Of a stretch of 64,000 nucleotides of DNA, positions 26,258-38,411 are shown piece by piece. The number at the start of each line of letters is the position of its first letter. Within the stretch, counting starts at the first letter, position 1. The notes beneath the pieces are model-generated. The model was given only the letters and a program-made list of their open reading frames with translations. It was not told where the DNA came from and did not search any database. The stretch comes from a virus, in IMG/VR virus record IMGVR_UViG_3300045125_000158, positions 32,001-96,000 of that record; one strand, 5' to 3'. A program made the position numbers and the translations under genes.

Positions 26258-26835
26258 TTATAAAAGACCTTCTAATTCACTAATATTCTTACTAACGTCT
26301 TTATCGGTTGTTTGTTCTTCGTGCTTTACACTCGATTGCGTTTTGTTTACCAAACGATTCAATGTTCTTTTTTGTATGTCAATCAATTTGCTTGAATTAA
26401 TATCTGCTGCAGGCTGTTCTTGTTTAGCGCACTTGCAATAGGTTTGCCATTTGCAGAGCTAACTAAGCCTTGCAAGGCAGCTACGCTGATTCAAAGCGTT
26501 CATATCGACTTGCGGCTGTGTTTGAGCTACTTTTTCTTCTAATCTTTTTGTAATCTTTTCTTCTAATTGTTTTACCACATCAGCTACATTCACTTGTGGT
26601 TGTGCTGGGGGTTCTTCGTAAACTGGCTCTGCTATTTTAATAGCCGTAGTGCCATCATCTTTGCAAACACACTGCAATTTATCCGCCGACGAAAAAAGCT
26701 TTTAAATTACGTGATTGCTCAATATAAAAATCTTGATGTCACCATATCAAGATCAATCTTTTCTCCTGGAGTTAATGTTACACGAAGATCTGGTATAGTG
26801 ACATCATGCAGTGCAATATTTTTTATGATGTACAT
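26258..26835 (-). CDS. Hypothetical protein, frameshifted
   Basis: MYIIKNIALHDVTIPDLRVTLTPGEKIDL...EEPPAQPQVNV...NISELEGLL*. TAATG overlap with the upstream gene. Confidence 0.5.
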
Positions 26836-27032
26836 TATATCCTCCTCGGCTTTGGATACTTACCAGGCAATGGTTTAGAAAAATCCATTTCATTCATTTT
26901 TTTGCATTCTTGGCACAGCCAATAAACTTTATTGTCATTAAAGTTAAATTCGATTGTAGGATTTTTCTGATGATATCTACAGAATCCACAAACAGCCATA
27001 ATTTTTACAATATTATCATCATTTTCTGACAT
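26835..27032 (-). CDS. Small zinc-ribbon protein
   Basis: CGFC and CQEC pairs in a 65-aa ORF. Confidence 0.6.
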   Translation of the reverse strand: MSENDDNIVKIMAVCGFCRYHQKNPTIEFNFNDNKVYWLCQECKKMNEMDFSKPLPGKYPKPRRI

Positions 27033-27061
27033 AATTACTACTAGTATATCGTCTAATTCGT

Positions 27062-30000
27062 TCAGCTACGGCCAAGATGCTGTGCAGCAAGATCCAATAC
27101 TTTGCCAAAGAATACACCATCTTCGATGCCTGCGTCAAATCGATCGATACTTGGTGCTACGGGCTCTTGTGTCATTATTTTTTCTATAGCTTGCTTGACC
27201 GCAGTCATTACAACTACATCCTTTTTAGGCAAGTCTTTCTTAGATAAAATTCTTCGCTGATATGCTTCGTATAAGTCAGGAAAATATTTTTTACCAATTC
27301 CAAAAAGAGTTTTCTTCCGCATGAGTGCTAATTTACTTTCAATTTCTTGCATGCTCTTTGAAGAATTAGTTATCGCTGATATTTTTGCTGGATCAATTTC
27401 TATGGAATACAAGAAATCATCACTTGACGCAAAATTATGCTCTTCATAGCCCTTATCTAAAATATATGCTTGAATATGCTTAGCAAGCCATGAAACATAA
27501 GCATAATATTGCGTTTCAGTTTCAATATGATACTTTTTCAGCTCTTTTTGCAAAAATGCTGCATTTATCTTTTGCGTAATTTTGCTGAAACTTTAGTATA
27601 GTCATTTTTATTTTTATTTGCAAAAGCTCTTCTTTAGTACCCGTATCTTTTTCATCAGCCGCCGCAATATTTGCCAGCTCGCTAATATATGAGTCAGCAA
27701 ATGACGAATCTTTTGCACCAAGAGCCTTTTCTAATCCTTTAATATTACCATACAAGAAACGCAACATGTTTCTTATTGTGCTAAAGATAGTATTTATTTC
27801 TGTTGGTGACAGTGCTTCAATATCTTTAGGACTAATTGCCTGTTCGCCAGGCTCTTTTTGAATTTTGCGGCCCTCAACTGAAAACTCTGCTCCTCGTTGT
27901 AAAATCTCATACAAATAATCAAGTTTATCTTTGAATGCTCCGAGATTTACATCAGACATTAGAACACCAAATTGAACGTGATCAGGTCGCATTTTTATCA
28001 TTTCGAGAAATGCTAGAATCGTGTCGCCACCAAATTTTTCTAACAATTCATTTGATACGAGAGCGTCTTCAACTTTGTGCAACTCCAAGTTCAGACGATG
28101 TGTTTGACCTGTTAGAGCGTTAAAATTCGATGCTTGCAACTGAGTCATACCCTCAATTATATCAGGATGTTTTTCTTCCAAATATGCATAAAGTGCATAA
28201 TTCCTTTTGCCATCAAGCAAATATCCGTGTTTTGCTGTCATCTGTTTCAAATTAGGATCAGTTGCTTCTCTAGCCTCTAGAATGTTTCTTGCTCTATCTT
28301 GATATTCGCTAGGATTGATATACGCAGAAATTTTTTCACCAAATAGAGCTTTGTACATTTCTTCTTCTGATCCACCCATATCTCTAACTGCAACTTTAAC
28401 AAATTTTTCAATATCTTCTGAATTTAAACTCCAATCTGAAGTCTCCCAATGTCTGCTATCAAAAAAATCGCCCCACTCCCTATTGAGAACCTTGAGAACA
28501 AGCTCATTTGTCAAAGGTGCATATTCTCTTGTTTTAGCACGCAAAACTTCATTTACTGTACTCATGACAGCTTTGAGAAACCTACGGAACAACAAGGCCT
28601 TCTGCAAACATGTTATTTTAACATCTCTATCAACGCTATCAACAGCAGGCAATCTCTTATATTTTGCCAAAAGAGCACTATCTACTGCCGTCATATATTG
28701 CTTGATTCTTTCAAAATCTTTCTGCAAACAGTCAAAATATTCCATGTGCGGTATCATGCCTTTTTCTAATTTTTGGCAATTCACGGCATGAATTAAGTGC
28801 ATTTATATTTACTACTCTTTTCTACAAACTTTCTACTAGCAGCATCAGCAACCGGTTTTTGACCTCCCACATATTGCTGTTCAACATCACCCTCTTCGCC
28901 AGCATGTCCTACACCTGGCTGTGCTTGTTGTATGTCTTCTGCACGAAGTTTATTTGCAACCCAATTATAAAAATCTTCATGCAAAGGATGTTGCGTATTT
29001 TGCATGATATTTTTTATTTCTTCTACAAAATAATCTTTATAATAATTCTGCATGAAAACAAATAAGAATGGAACTTGTTTTTCTCCACTCATCGTAGACA
29101 AAAATGTATGCCAATTTTCCTATGCCTTTTTATAATCAGCATCTTGCTCAATTTCATCTTGTTCGACGCCTGATTCGAGTAATTCCTCAGCATAATTTTG
29201 TAGAAAAACGTTCTGCATGCGACTAAGATTTGTCTTGATTTTATCACTTCTGTTATTTAAGAAATATTTTAAGAACACTTCCTTGTTAGCTTCACTCGGA
29301 GAAAATACCTTATTTTTAGAAATGCAAATTCATCTATTGCAAGTTTTTGTCCTTCTTCACCAAAAATACTTGTGTATCTCTTTTTTCTTTTCGCTTTTTC
29401 TTCTTCATCTGGCGTAATATCCCAATTCAAGTATGAATTGAAAAATAGTTCTGCAAGATTTGTCCTATCCTCTTGACTAATAGCAGCAGGTTTGATAATT
29501 TTGTGTCTACCTATGCCTTCATTTTCTATTTTCTCAAGCAAATCCATGTTATGATCATTTTGCAAAAAATAAGGCATTTCTTTACAAGTATTGATTGCAA
29601 CTTCTATTAAATTTTTGCCACGTAAATCTCCAGTGACACTAGCAGCAACTGCTCTTATGTATGCACGTACCTCGGCTTCGGTCAAATTACGAATTTTACC
29701 AAATTGTTTTTCCTCTGGTTCTGCAGCTATTGGCTTTGCTTTGCTGGCATTCTTTCATGCATTTGTTTGCCCATAAGAAAGTCAAGACCATGCATTTTAT
29801 AGGCGGCAATAATTTTATTTAAAGCTGTTTCTGAAATTTCGCACTGCTGGATCGTGCTGAAATCGTAAATCATTTTTTTGTTCTTCATAAAAATGCTTTA
29901 TGATCTTATCAAGTTCATCTTTGCTTGGGTTTCTGTTATTGTCTTGGTAAAAATCTGCATATAGCCCTTGAAGTACCTGAAGGTATTTTGCATATCTATT

Positions 30001-30222
30001 TTCAACTGCGACTGTATCTATAGCCTTTGCTGCTGGAGCTGCCATTAGTTGAACAGGAGCCTGTACAGGCTTAATATCCTTTCTCTCTGTTCCTAATAAC
30101 TTACCTACAGGCTCGGCTTGCTCTTCGGGTGTAATAGCTGGCTTTTTATAAGGTTCAAAACCTTCGTACTGTAATTTGATAAGTTTATTTTTAACCCAAT
30201 TAAACAAATTTCTGTTTGTCAT
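27062..30222 (-). CDS. Large (~1050 aa) helical hypothetical protein, frameshifted
   Basis: Fragments 29815..30234, 29269..29685, 28793..29101, 27522..28802 and 27062..27553 are contiguous. GGAG SD before MTNRNLFNW. No recognisable motif. Confidence 0.5.
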
Positions 30223-30292
30223 AAACATCTCCAAATAGCATGCATATATATTATTTGATTTTATTAATCAAATACCTTTTTAATCATATTCT

Positions 30293-31075
30293 TCAGCCGC
30301 GAAAGTTTCCATCATCAGTTTTTAAATCTTTTGCATCTTTAATATCTATCTTTTTGGCAGATTTTACAGCATATACGTTGTCTTTATATCGCTGATCTAT
30401 ATCAGCAACAATCTTATCTCGTACGCAACTTGAATAATCGAGTTCAACAAACACAAGGTCCTGTATGTCCTGTAATCTATTCAAAGCGTCAGCAAGACCG
30501 TTAAGCTTTGTACCAATGTCAGATTGCTCTACATCGCCTGTGCAAACAATCTTGCTACCTTCACCAATTCTTGTAAGCAACATTCGCATTTGCTGAGGAC
30601 TCATATTCTGCACTTCATCCGCAATAACATAAGATTTACGGAATGTAATCCCACGCATGTAAGCTATTGGATAAACAATAATTTTCTTTTCATCCATTAA
30701 TTCTTTCATGTCGTCGTTGCTCAAATAATCACTAACAACTTCATAGAGAGGCATAGTAAATGGAGCGAATTTATCGCTACTACCACCTGGAAGAAAACCT
30801 AACTTTTCGCCAGCTTCAACATATGGCCGAGTAAATATTACCCTATCATATGTTCCTTTGATCAGCTCTTGAATTCCCCATCCAACGGCACAATGCGTTT
30901 TTCCGCTACCACTCGCCCCATACACAAATGTAACTTTATTTTCTGAAATTGCTTTAAGAGCTTTTTTCTGGCCAGCATTTTTAGCAGTAACTGCAATTAC
31001 CAATTTTGTAGCAGAATCTTTAGCAGGATATGAAAAATCATTGGCATCCTTCTTGTTCTTTGTTTTTCTGGCCAT
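30293..31075 (-). CDS. phoH: PhoH-like ATPase
   Basis: GASGSGKT Walker A, TRPYVEAGEKLGFLPG, IAYMRGITF, ADEVQNMSPQQMRMLLTRIGEGSKIVCTGDVEQSD. Confidence 0.95.
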   Translation of the reverse strand: MARKTKNKKDANDFSYPAKDSATKLVIAVTAKNAGQKKALKAISENKVTFVYGASGSGKTHCAVGWGIQELIKGTYDRVIFTRPYVEAGEKLGFLPGGSSDKFAPFTMPLYEVVSDYLSNDDMKELMDEKKIIVYPIAYMRGITFRKSYVIADEVQNMSPQQMRMLLTRIGEGSKIVCTGDVEQSDIGTKLNGLADALNRLQDIQDLVFVELDYSSCVRDKIVADIDQRYKDNVYAVKSAKKIDIKDAKDLKTDDGNFRG

Positions 31076-31249
31076 ACAAGCTCCTAGTGTATAAAATAAA
31101 AATCTTCCAAACTTCTCTACATTGAGTGCAAACAAAACATCTAGTTTGCATTTTGGAAGATTAAAAAATATAAAATTTTACTATTAAGACGATACAACAC
31201 AATTCACTCTACAAAAAATGTAAATTGTAACCTGCAATAAATTAAAAAA

Positions 31250-31601
31250 TCATGCATTCATATTACGGATTTTTTGAGACTTATTCAAGGCTTTCAACAT
31301 AAGTTGACCTTCATTTTGCACACGTATCTCGCCCATATCAAATAAATAGGTATTGTTTGCATCTAAAGTGCCGTCTATATACTTTAATATCGTAGGCGTG
31401 TATATTGCCATGCCTTGACCGTCTTGAAGCTCTAAAATGCATTTACGGGCCAACGGAGGCAATTTATCAATTATTGGATCGCCACCTTGCACCACAAGTT
31501 GTTTTAGCCTTGTTGAAGGAACAAAATAAAATTCAACTTCATTTTCGATGCCAAGCTGTCTAAACTTAGCCAACATTTCCGATGATGTATATTTTTTCCA
31601 T
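31250..31601 (-). CDS. Hypothetical protein
   Basis: The ORF-track start at 31651 lies inside a terminator. A more likely start is ATG 31601 (MEKIYIIGN) with one indel, or ATG ~31575. Confidence 0.5.
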
Positions 31602-31623
31602 AAGATTCTATCGACTATACAAC

Positions 31624-31660
31624 AAAAGAAGCCAGAAAAGTTTTCACTCAACTGGCTTCT
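31624..31660 (-). terminator. Rho-independent terminator after hsp20
   Basis: AGAAGCCAG...CTGGCTTCT 9-bp stem followed by TTTGTT on the minus strand. Confidence 0.65.
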
Positions 31661-31672
31661 AAGAATTAAATA

Positions 31673-32084
31673 TCAATTCTTTTTGATTTCTATCTTCTTC
31701 TTAATTTCAGCTTTGGCAGTCTTTGGAACAGCAATGTGCAAAACTCCATTTTCAAGTTCTGCAACAATATTATTTTCATCAATAGTATTTTTCAAACAAT
31801 ATAGATCGAGAAAAGTTATTGTACTGTCTCTCTCTTATTTTGAAACGACGATCTGTTTTTTCTTCTTCAAGATTGCCAGAAATAATCATCTTCTTATCTT
31901 GTACATCAATCTTAATGTCTTCAACATCATAATTGGGCACATCAACATCTACATAAATCATCTTGTCATCTTCTGATACGTCCATACTGCCAACTCTTAA
32001 ATTGAGAGCATTCGAATATTGCATTCTGTCAAACATATCATTGATAAAGTTATCAAGATTTCTCGCGCGTATTTTAGCTAACAT
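31673..32084 (-). CDS. Small heat shock protein (Hsp20/alpha-crystallin), frameshifted
   Basis: VDVDVPNYDVEDIKIDV, ISG, RERQYNNFSRSI; after the indel, IDENNIVAELENGVLHIAVPK...KKIEI. AGGAG SD. Confidence 0.9.
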
Positions 32085-32268
32085 ATTTACTCCTTTTTGT
32101 TTGTATTATTATTTACTTGAATGAAATTACTAACAATAATAGTGTATGCTTAGGTCATATTGCGCCTCCTTTCTACATATGCTTCATAACTTATTTTATA
32201 CATCATACTCGGCAAAATATATGGTTTTATCAAATCAACAAATTTTTGATTACTATTGTGCTTAAAAA

Positions 32269-33142
32269 TTAGTCTTTCCCAATTACTTGAAAATTAGCAT
32301 TCTTACGTTCTTTCAATCTGCATTCCAGCCCATATTTGCGAAGCAACCATCTATACATCATATCACAACTTACTTTTGAAAATGATTCAGTACAAATCAT
32401 AAAATCTGCAGTAGTATTTACGCCTCTATCTCTATGTCTTTGATACCACTCTGTATGTCCGTCATCCATATACCAAACAGCTAAAGAAAGCGGACTCAAA
32501 TTATCAAGAATATCTTGCGTGATTTGTTTATCCCCATTCGCATAAAATTCCTTATTTATTTTTTCAACATCTGAATTTGCCAAAGTATAAAATCTTCCAT
32601 CAATAAGTTTTGAACCACTTCTTTTATCAATATATTCTCTTTGCGTCAAAGCTTTTTCTGATACAATATTTCTCAATTCACTGTGCTTCCACAAAAGATA
32701 ATCTTGCTGATCTGTGCCGTGATTAAATCCAACGCTAGAATCTATAGAATGCCTTTTTGCATCGCCCATCAAAGAACCATAAATAATTTCTTTCTGCCGC
32801 TGCGTTAAATATACTTCATTTTTTTGCGAGCTATATATTTTGCACCTTTTCTTTTTATGCCAAAAAGTTCTCGCAAAAAGTAATATCCGCAAAGACAATA
32901 TTATGCAATTCAGCTATTTCTTTAAGACTTTTACCTTCTTCATATAGTTTTACAAATTCTTCTTTGCGTAAATAAATTCTATCATTCACAATAGAACTGA
33001 AAAAGTGTAACAAATGCTTTGACCATCCTATGGCAAGCATGTCAGCGTATTTTACCTTTTCTTTCGCTGCAATATACATACCAAGCGTTGGTCTATTGCG
33101 GCCAAGAAACGTATTCAAGTACTGATTCCAATATTCATTCAT
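32269..33142 (-). mobile_element. Free-standing LAGLIDADG (type 2) homing endonuclease, frameshifted
   Basis: IIYGSLMGDA and LSPLSLAVWYMDDG motifs, ICTESFS, and an N-terminal HTH-like LYEEGKSLKEIAE. Confidence 0.85.
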
Positions 33143-33218
33143 CGTTTTTTACTCCCATAGTAATGTATCGGAGAAAAACGGAATTTCCTTAACAAACACA
33201 CTAAAAAATGAAAAACCC

Positions 33219-34470
33219 TTATACTCCGCTGCCAAACATGTATCTGAACCAACGGCTACGCCCGCCGGGTAGAGTGTATTCGGGCACGACAATCGCCTTG
33301 CTTCTTGGATATTTGCCATATTTCTTCTTATCTAAAAGATACTTAAATTCTTCTTCGTAGTTTTTCTTCAAAGTTTCAATGTTGCTAAATGCTTGACGTG
33401 CTGCCTCTGGTCCGCCAAAAACCTGTTGTGGTTGTTGGAAATTCAAACACATCAACAACTCACGCATGGCGTCTTTTAGCTGCGCCATAAAGAACAAGTG
33501 GTATTTGCGTATCAGGCAGAGTGTCTATAGAATAAGAACTCTGAGGTGGATTGTAATTAACAATTCCCAAAGCATTAAATATAAATCTGTCAAGCTGCTC
33601 ATCTGAGAACCATCTGAAATTATAGTCAGCATTTATCGTGTCATATGTTGAAAGCGGATTATCAAATATAACAGTTCCATTAAAATAATTTATTGTTAGA
33701 TTATCTTCAACTAATTTATTATTTCTGTAAACTCTTGTACCGTATGCCTGATTCCATTTACTAAAACTAAACTTGAATTTTTTGTTAGCTATATCAGGTA
33801 GGGCTTGTTCAAAAAATACAGGAATTTTTTGGGCGCAACATATCATTTCACCCAACGCAACTCTAAAATCACTAATTCGTGAGCCATACAACTGTATTTG
33901 TGCGTTTTCGGTATCACCTTGCGGTGTTATTACGATAGTCTGCAATTCAGTACCAGAATATCCGTCTGCTGTATACGACCATGTTACTAAATAATTTCCA
34001 GTATCAGCATTTGTAGGAACTGTCCAATCAAATGTATAAAAACCAGAGCGAACAAGATCTGGCTTAGCATTTGAAACTACAGTGGAACCATCTTTGCTTA
34101 TGGTAAGAGTTAATTGCTCTGCACGAATTGGATTGCCATGAATATCTGTAATGCTTAAAAACAGCGTACTGGTGCCACCTTGTATGAATGTTCCACGATA
34201 ATCAGGAACTACTTTTATTGGTGTTACAACACTACTGTAGAATGGTCCAAAAGTTTGTGTTGCAAAAACCGGCTTGTCATTTAGCTCTGGTATGACTTTC
34301 CAAGATGCAACATACGTTATTCCGTATTCAATATCAACATAATATTCATACAGCCCTGTTGAGGGGTTATCTACAGCTGTGCCGCTCGGTATTACTACCT
34401 GTCCGGTTTGCTTTTTGATTCCATATGATGCATCCGCTGCAGCTAATTCCACATGATAAGCTTGGGCCAT
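33219..34470 (-). CDS. Putative neck/head-tail adaptor with N-terminal Ig-like domains, frameshifted
   Basis: Ig-like GFYTFDWTVPTNADTGNYLVTWSY. Adaptor-like C-terminus RWFSDEQLDRFIFNALGIVN...LVLYGAAK/DAMRELL. Confidence 0.45.
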
Positions 34471-34536
34471 AAACACCCGACAATTTATATTCTATATAAA
34501 TTCTTTGACTACTCATAAAGCTTCACCTCGTTCAAA

Positions 34537-34956
34537 TTAGCATGGATTATTTTGAGATGTGTTACCAACAATTATTTCCACCGAAGATCCTTGAGAAGTA
34601 ATGTGAGGAACTTCGATAGTAATTTCTTTAGGCGGATTAGTGAGTTCATCAATAACAGCTTCTATGCTATTTACTTTATCTTCAATATTTTTAACCGTTT
34701 CTATTTCTTCTGGGTTCACTGCTGTTGCGGCTAAAACTATACTAAGAGCAGTGCTATCATAAAACTTTACACCGCCACGAAAACCATCAGGAAAGCCACT
34801 GTACGTCCAAATATAATTGCCTTGACCAATCTCTACAAAACCAACAGACACAAGAGATCCGACATTCGTGCCAGCAGTATCAAATAATTGTGCTCGCAGA
34901 GACAAACCAGTTTTACTACTTCCTAAAGTCAATGATATTGAATTTGTATATGCCAT
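34537..34956 (-). CDS. Hypothetical protein, paralog of the repeated domain in 58685..59928
   Basis: LGSSKTGLSLRAQLFDTAGTNVGSLVSVGFVEIGQGNYIWTYSGFPDGFRGGVKFY. Confidence 0.7.
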   Translation of the reverse strand: MAYTNSISLTLGSSKTGLSLRAQLFDTAGTNVGSLVSVGFVEIGQGNYIWTYSGFPDGFRGGVKFYDSTALSIVLAATAVNPEEIETVKNIEDKVNSIEAVIDELTNPPKEITIEVPHITSQGSSVEIIVGNTSQNNPC

Positions 34957-35056
34957 AATAATGTTTACCGACTTTTTTGTAAAAAACCTTGTCAGTAAAT
35001 AATATGCGTAATATCCAATCTTAAAATAAAGATATAAAATATATTCTTACGCAAAT

Positions 35057-35512
35057 TTATACAGGAATTCTGAATATAATTTGCATACACAGTTTTTGGT
35101 TCATATCTTGCATTTGTTTGGTTGAATTCAAAAACATATTAGAAAGATCAAGCAATTTAGCGTATTCAACGGGATGTGGTGGGTCAATTTTCAAAACCAT
35201 ACAGTCAGCCTGATAATCAAGCGTATAATATAAAATATTTTCAGTATTATGCATAAGCCATAGGCTTGCAATATAATGATTATCTTCAACAGTCAAAGAG
35301 TTCACATAATCTTGAGTTATTGGTATGTGTATTTTATATAAAAATTCTGAATTATTTATATTTGTTGATGCAAAAATATTTTCTAATAAAAAATGCGGAC
35401 ATGGCAATTCAACAAAAATATCAAAAGTAGGCAATCCTTGTAATCCTGGTGGTAATTGCGTACTTATATAATTTTTACCACCTTGATTATATGAATAAAA
35501 TATAATATACAT
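35057..35512 (-). CDS. Hypothetical protein
   Basis: 151-aa ORF with an AAGGA SD. The C-terminus is probably frameshifted. Confidence 0.5.
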   Translation of the reverse strand: MYIIFYSYNQGGKNYISTQLPPGLQGLPTFDIFVELPCPHFLLENIFASTNINNSEFLYKIHIPITQDYVNSLTVEDNHYIASLWLMHNTENILYYTLDYQADCMVLKIDPPHPVEYAKLLDLSNMFLNSTKQMQDMNQKLCMQIIFRIPV

Positions 35513-35528
35513 GTATTAATCCTTATTT

Positions 35529-38399
35529 TTACCAGAACTTTAATGTTCTCCACATTTCTTGACCAGTGTGCCTCATAACATATAAATACTCAAGGCCATC
35601 CGTAGTAGATACAACTTCCATACGATTTCCTAATGCTGCCGTGCCATGTGCGTAAGGCGTGGTTGTTGCGGCATTCCAAATAAACTTAGTCAGATCAAGT
35701 TCATATATACGACCTGTGGATTCTTTAGTTGCAAAATAACTATTAGCACCGTCATACGTGAACATGCTACCAGTCGTAAATGTTGTTGTAATAGGAGCTG
35801 TAAAAGTAGTCAACTCCCAAGCATTTTTGGGTATGTCATAGATATCAAGAACGTTGCTTGCGCCGCCACGAGGCGAAATAAGCCATCGCCCTTTCTTCGC
35901 TGTGTCAGTCAATCCCCATAGCCATGTCACGTCAATACCCGTGCTTCGTATTGGCACTTCATATATTTCATAAACGGTTGACGTATCAGTTGTCGTGCTT
36001 GTGACTGTAATTACTGTTGCAGTGTTGCTTACGACGCTGAATTCAGTTCCTACACCAGTGCCTGCAACTATACGAAGACGTTTACCCGCAAGGTAGTTAG
36101 TTGTAAAGTTTTTGTTTGCGTCAGTAATTGTGGCAACAGCAGTACCACCTGTTGTTACGATACCATAACTGTCTAAAATTTCATATTTACTAGTTGTATC
36201 GGGTGTTGCAACGTTCCATGACGCAACGGTCAAGGTGGTTGCTGTATTGCCTGTAATTACGACATCGTTTCCAGTGCCGGTACCTGCAATAACACGCACG
36301 CGACAGTTGATGTATTGGTTACGATCCCAACTCTTGGTAGAGTCAACAAGAGTGGTTGCGGTGCCGCTGGTTGGCCAACCGTAAGGTTCTTTACCGTCAA
36401 TTTTGCTTGTAACCATCGCTCCAAAACCACGAGTTTCTTGGATAACATAACGGCTTTGACCGTTGGTCATCGCAGTAATCGCGCTTTGCAAAGTAATGGT
36501 TGTTGCAGTATTAGCTGTAATACGGCGGCTGCCAAGAGCTGTGGGCGTTACACCAACAGTTTGTACATATACTAATTTGCCAACGAGTTCGTTGGTGTCC
36601 CAGTTTCGCGCAGCATCCACAATCAACGAAGTGGTCAAACTGTTGGCGGCTGTTGGCGATGCAGTTCCACTTGAGTTGGCAATGCTGAAAGTGGTGAGCG
36701 AACCAACGCCAATAATTCCAAATGTACCATTAAAAGTTGTATCGGTTGCACAACCGGCTATGGTTACGTTCTCACCGTGTCGGAAGTCATGGTTAGTAGC
36801 AGTTACAACGTTTCCTACTTTGCCAACTGTAATTGTGATGGTGAGCGACGTGCCTGCACCACCAGTTGTAGCACTTGAACCAGCCGAATAACCGCTACCG
36901 CTGGCTGCAAGTTGAAGACCTGTAACGCCACCCGTATCATTTATGCTGGTTACATATGCCTGACCACCCGTACCAGTGGTGCTAAGAGTAACCAAGTCAC
37001 CAACCGTATAACCGCTGCCCGCAGCATTAACTGCTACTGTCAAAACACCAGCAGCAGCATATGTAATACTCGTAACGCCATACGCCTCGTGTGGCGAACC
37101 ATAACCAGCACCACTTGATGAAGCAACGCTAATTTGTCGAGCAATACCATGGTCAAGCATGTGCCCATTCATCCAAATATCTTTTTCAATCGAATATCCC
37201 CACATGCACGCAGAACCGTTACCAACAGAGACGAACCTTGTCGGTATCACCATATATTTCGTAAGTGCTAGTGTTGTCAGGATTAACGTCCCACTTGCGT
37301 TCCACATAGAATGTGTCGGCAGTATGACCAACAATACGACGACGCTGACCAATACCCGTACCGCCTGTAATACGAATTTGATGGTTGGCATAGCGATCAA
37401 CTTCATATGTTTCGCCAGTGTCAACAAGCGTCTTGGCACCACCACTGCTTGCGGTCTTGCCGGTCACAAACACGCCGCCCGCTTCGCCGGTACGATCTAT
37501 ACTCATATCCGTACCAAATGCAGCCGTTAGATGCACAGGTCCTACTGGAGTTTTAGTCTGCCAAGTATCCATCAAAACGTCATAGTATTGCCAGGAACAG
37601 AATGGCGTGGCAGCAGCACTGCTAAACAACCATATACCACCGCTTATTATTTGAAAAATACTAGTTCCATCGGGCGTTACACTCCAACTGCTATCAACTG
37701 TTAAATCTGTACTTTCAATCACAAAATGCGTTTGTGAACCGGCTGTAGTTACGGGAATAGCATACGGAGTAACAGCAGCTGAAGCCTGTGTTGTTGAAAG
37801 AATCGATTGCTTGAAAGTTCGTGTCTGATACAGTGAGGGTTGTTGTATCGTTATAAAGAACTGTACGAACTTGCAACTGACCTGTATTGAACGTAAGACG
37901 AACGTTGTACCCGTCCCACTGATTTACACGCCATTTCTTTGTGCTATCACCAATTGCTAGAGCCGTGGCTGTTGTTGCAAGACCAAAATCATGAATAACA
38001 CCATCGCTCACGGCGTTGATAGTTCGCTCTTGCCCAGCTCCCTTACCTGCAATAATTCTAACTTTCAGACCTTGGCAAAGATTGCTATTCTTACCCAATC
38101 CACCAATCGTAAGCGAAGTACTAGTGGCACTTATAACAGGCCCACGATGGCCACTGTATGCATGCATATTTTGCGGCAACTGCAGTGACCGGAGCAATGT
38201 TTGGTGGAGCAACTTCTTGCCAAGAATCTGAGTAAGTATCATATCGCCACATTGCCTGAGCAATAATATAATACATGTATCGTGCGTTCAAGTCACTACT
38301 AACTAGGCAGCTTGTGGCTGACGTAGCTGTTGGTGCAAAACGCATCCATTCAAAAACTGGCTGGTCAACTTGAGTCTTAAGAAGATTTGTTACTGTCAT
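35529..38399 (-). CDS. ~950 aa Thr/Gly-rich beta protein (Kelch-like blades interrupted by repeated beta-sandwich modules); candidate receptor-binding/fibre-tip protein, frameshifted
   Basis: Repeats of T.TTL.D..K.W..N...G..VRI..G.G.GQ.R.I..NT.TT.TV occur at least six times. Blades such as WRYDTYSDSWQ, YYDVLMDTWQ and IYDIPKNAWE. Confidence 0.6.
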
Positions 38400-38411
38400 T
38401 TCGAAATCCTA

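Noticed and set aside
31136-31249. tRNA or structured ncRNA in the larger intergenic gaps (also 21920-22028 and 34957-35056)
   Set aside because: No cloverleaf, T-loop motif or convincing long stem could be seen.
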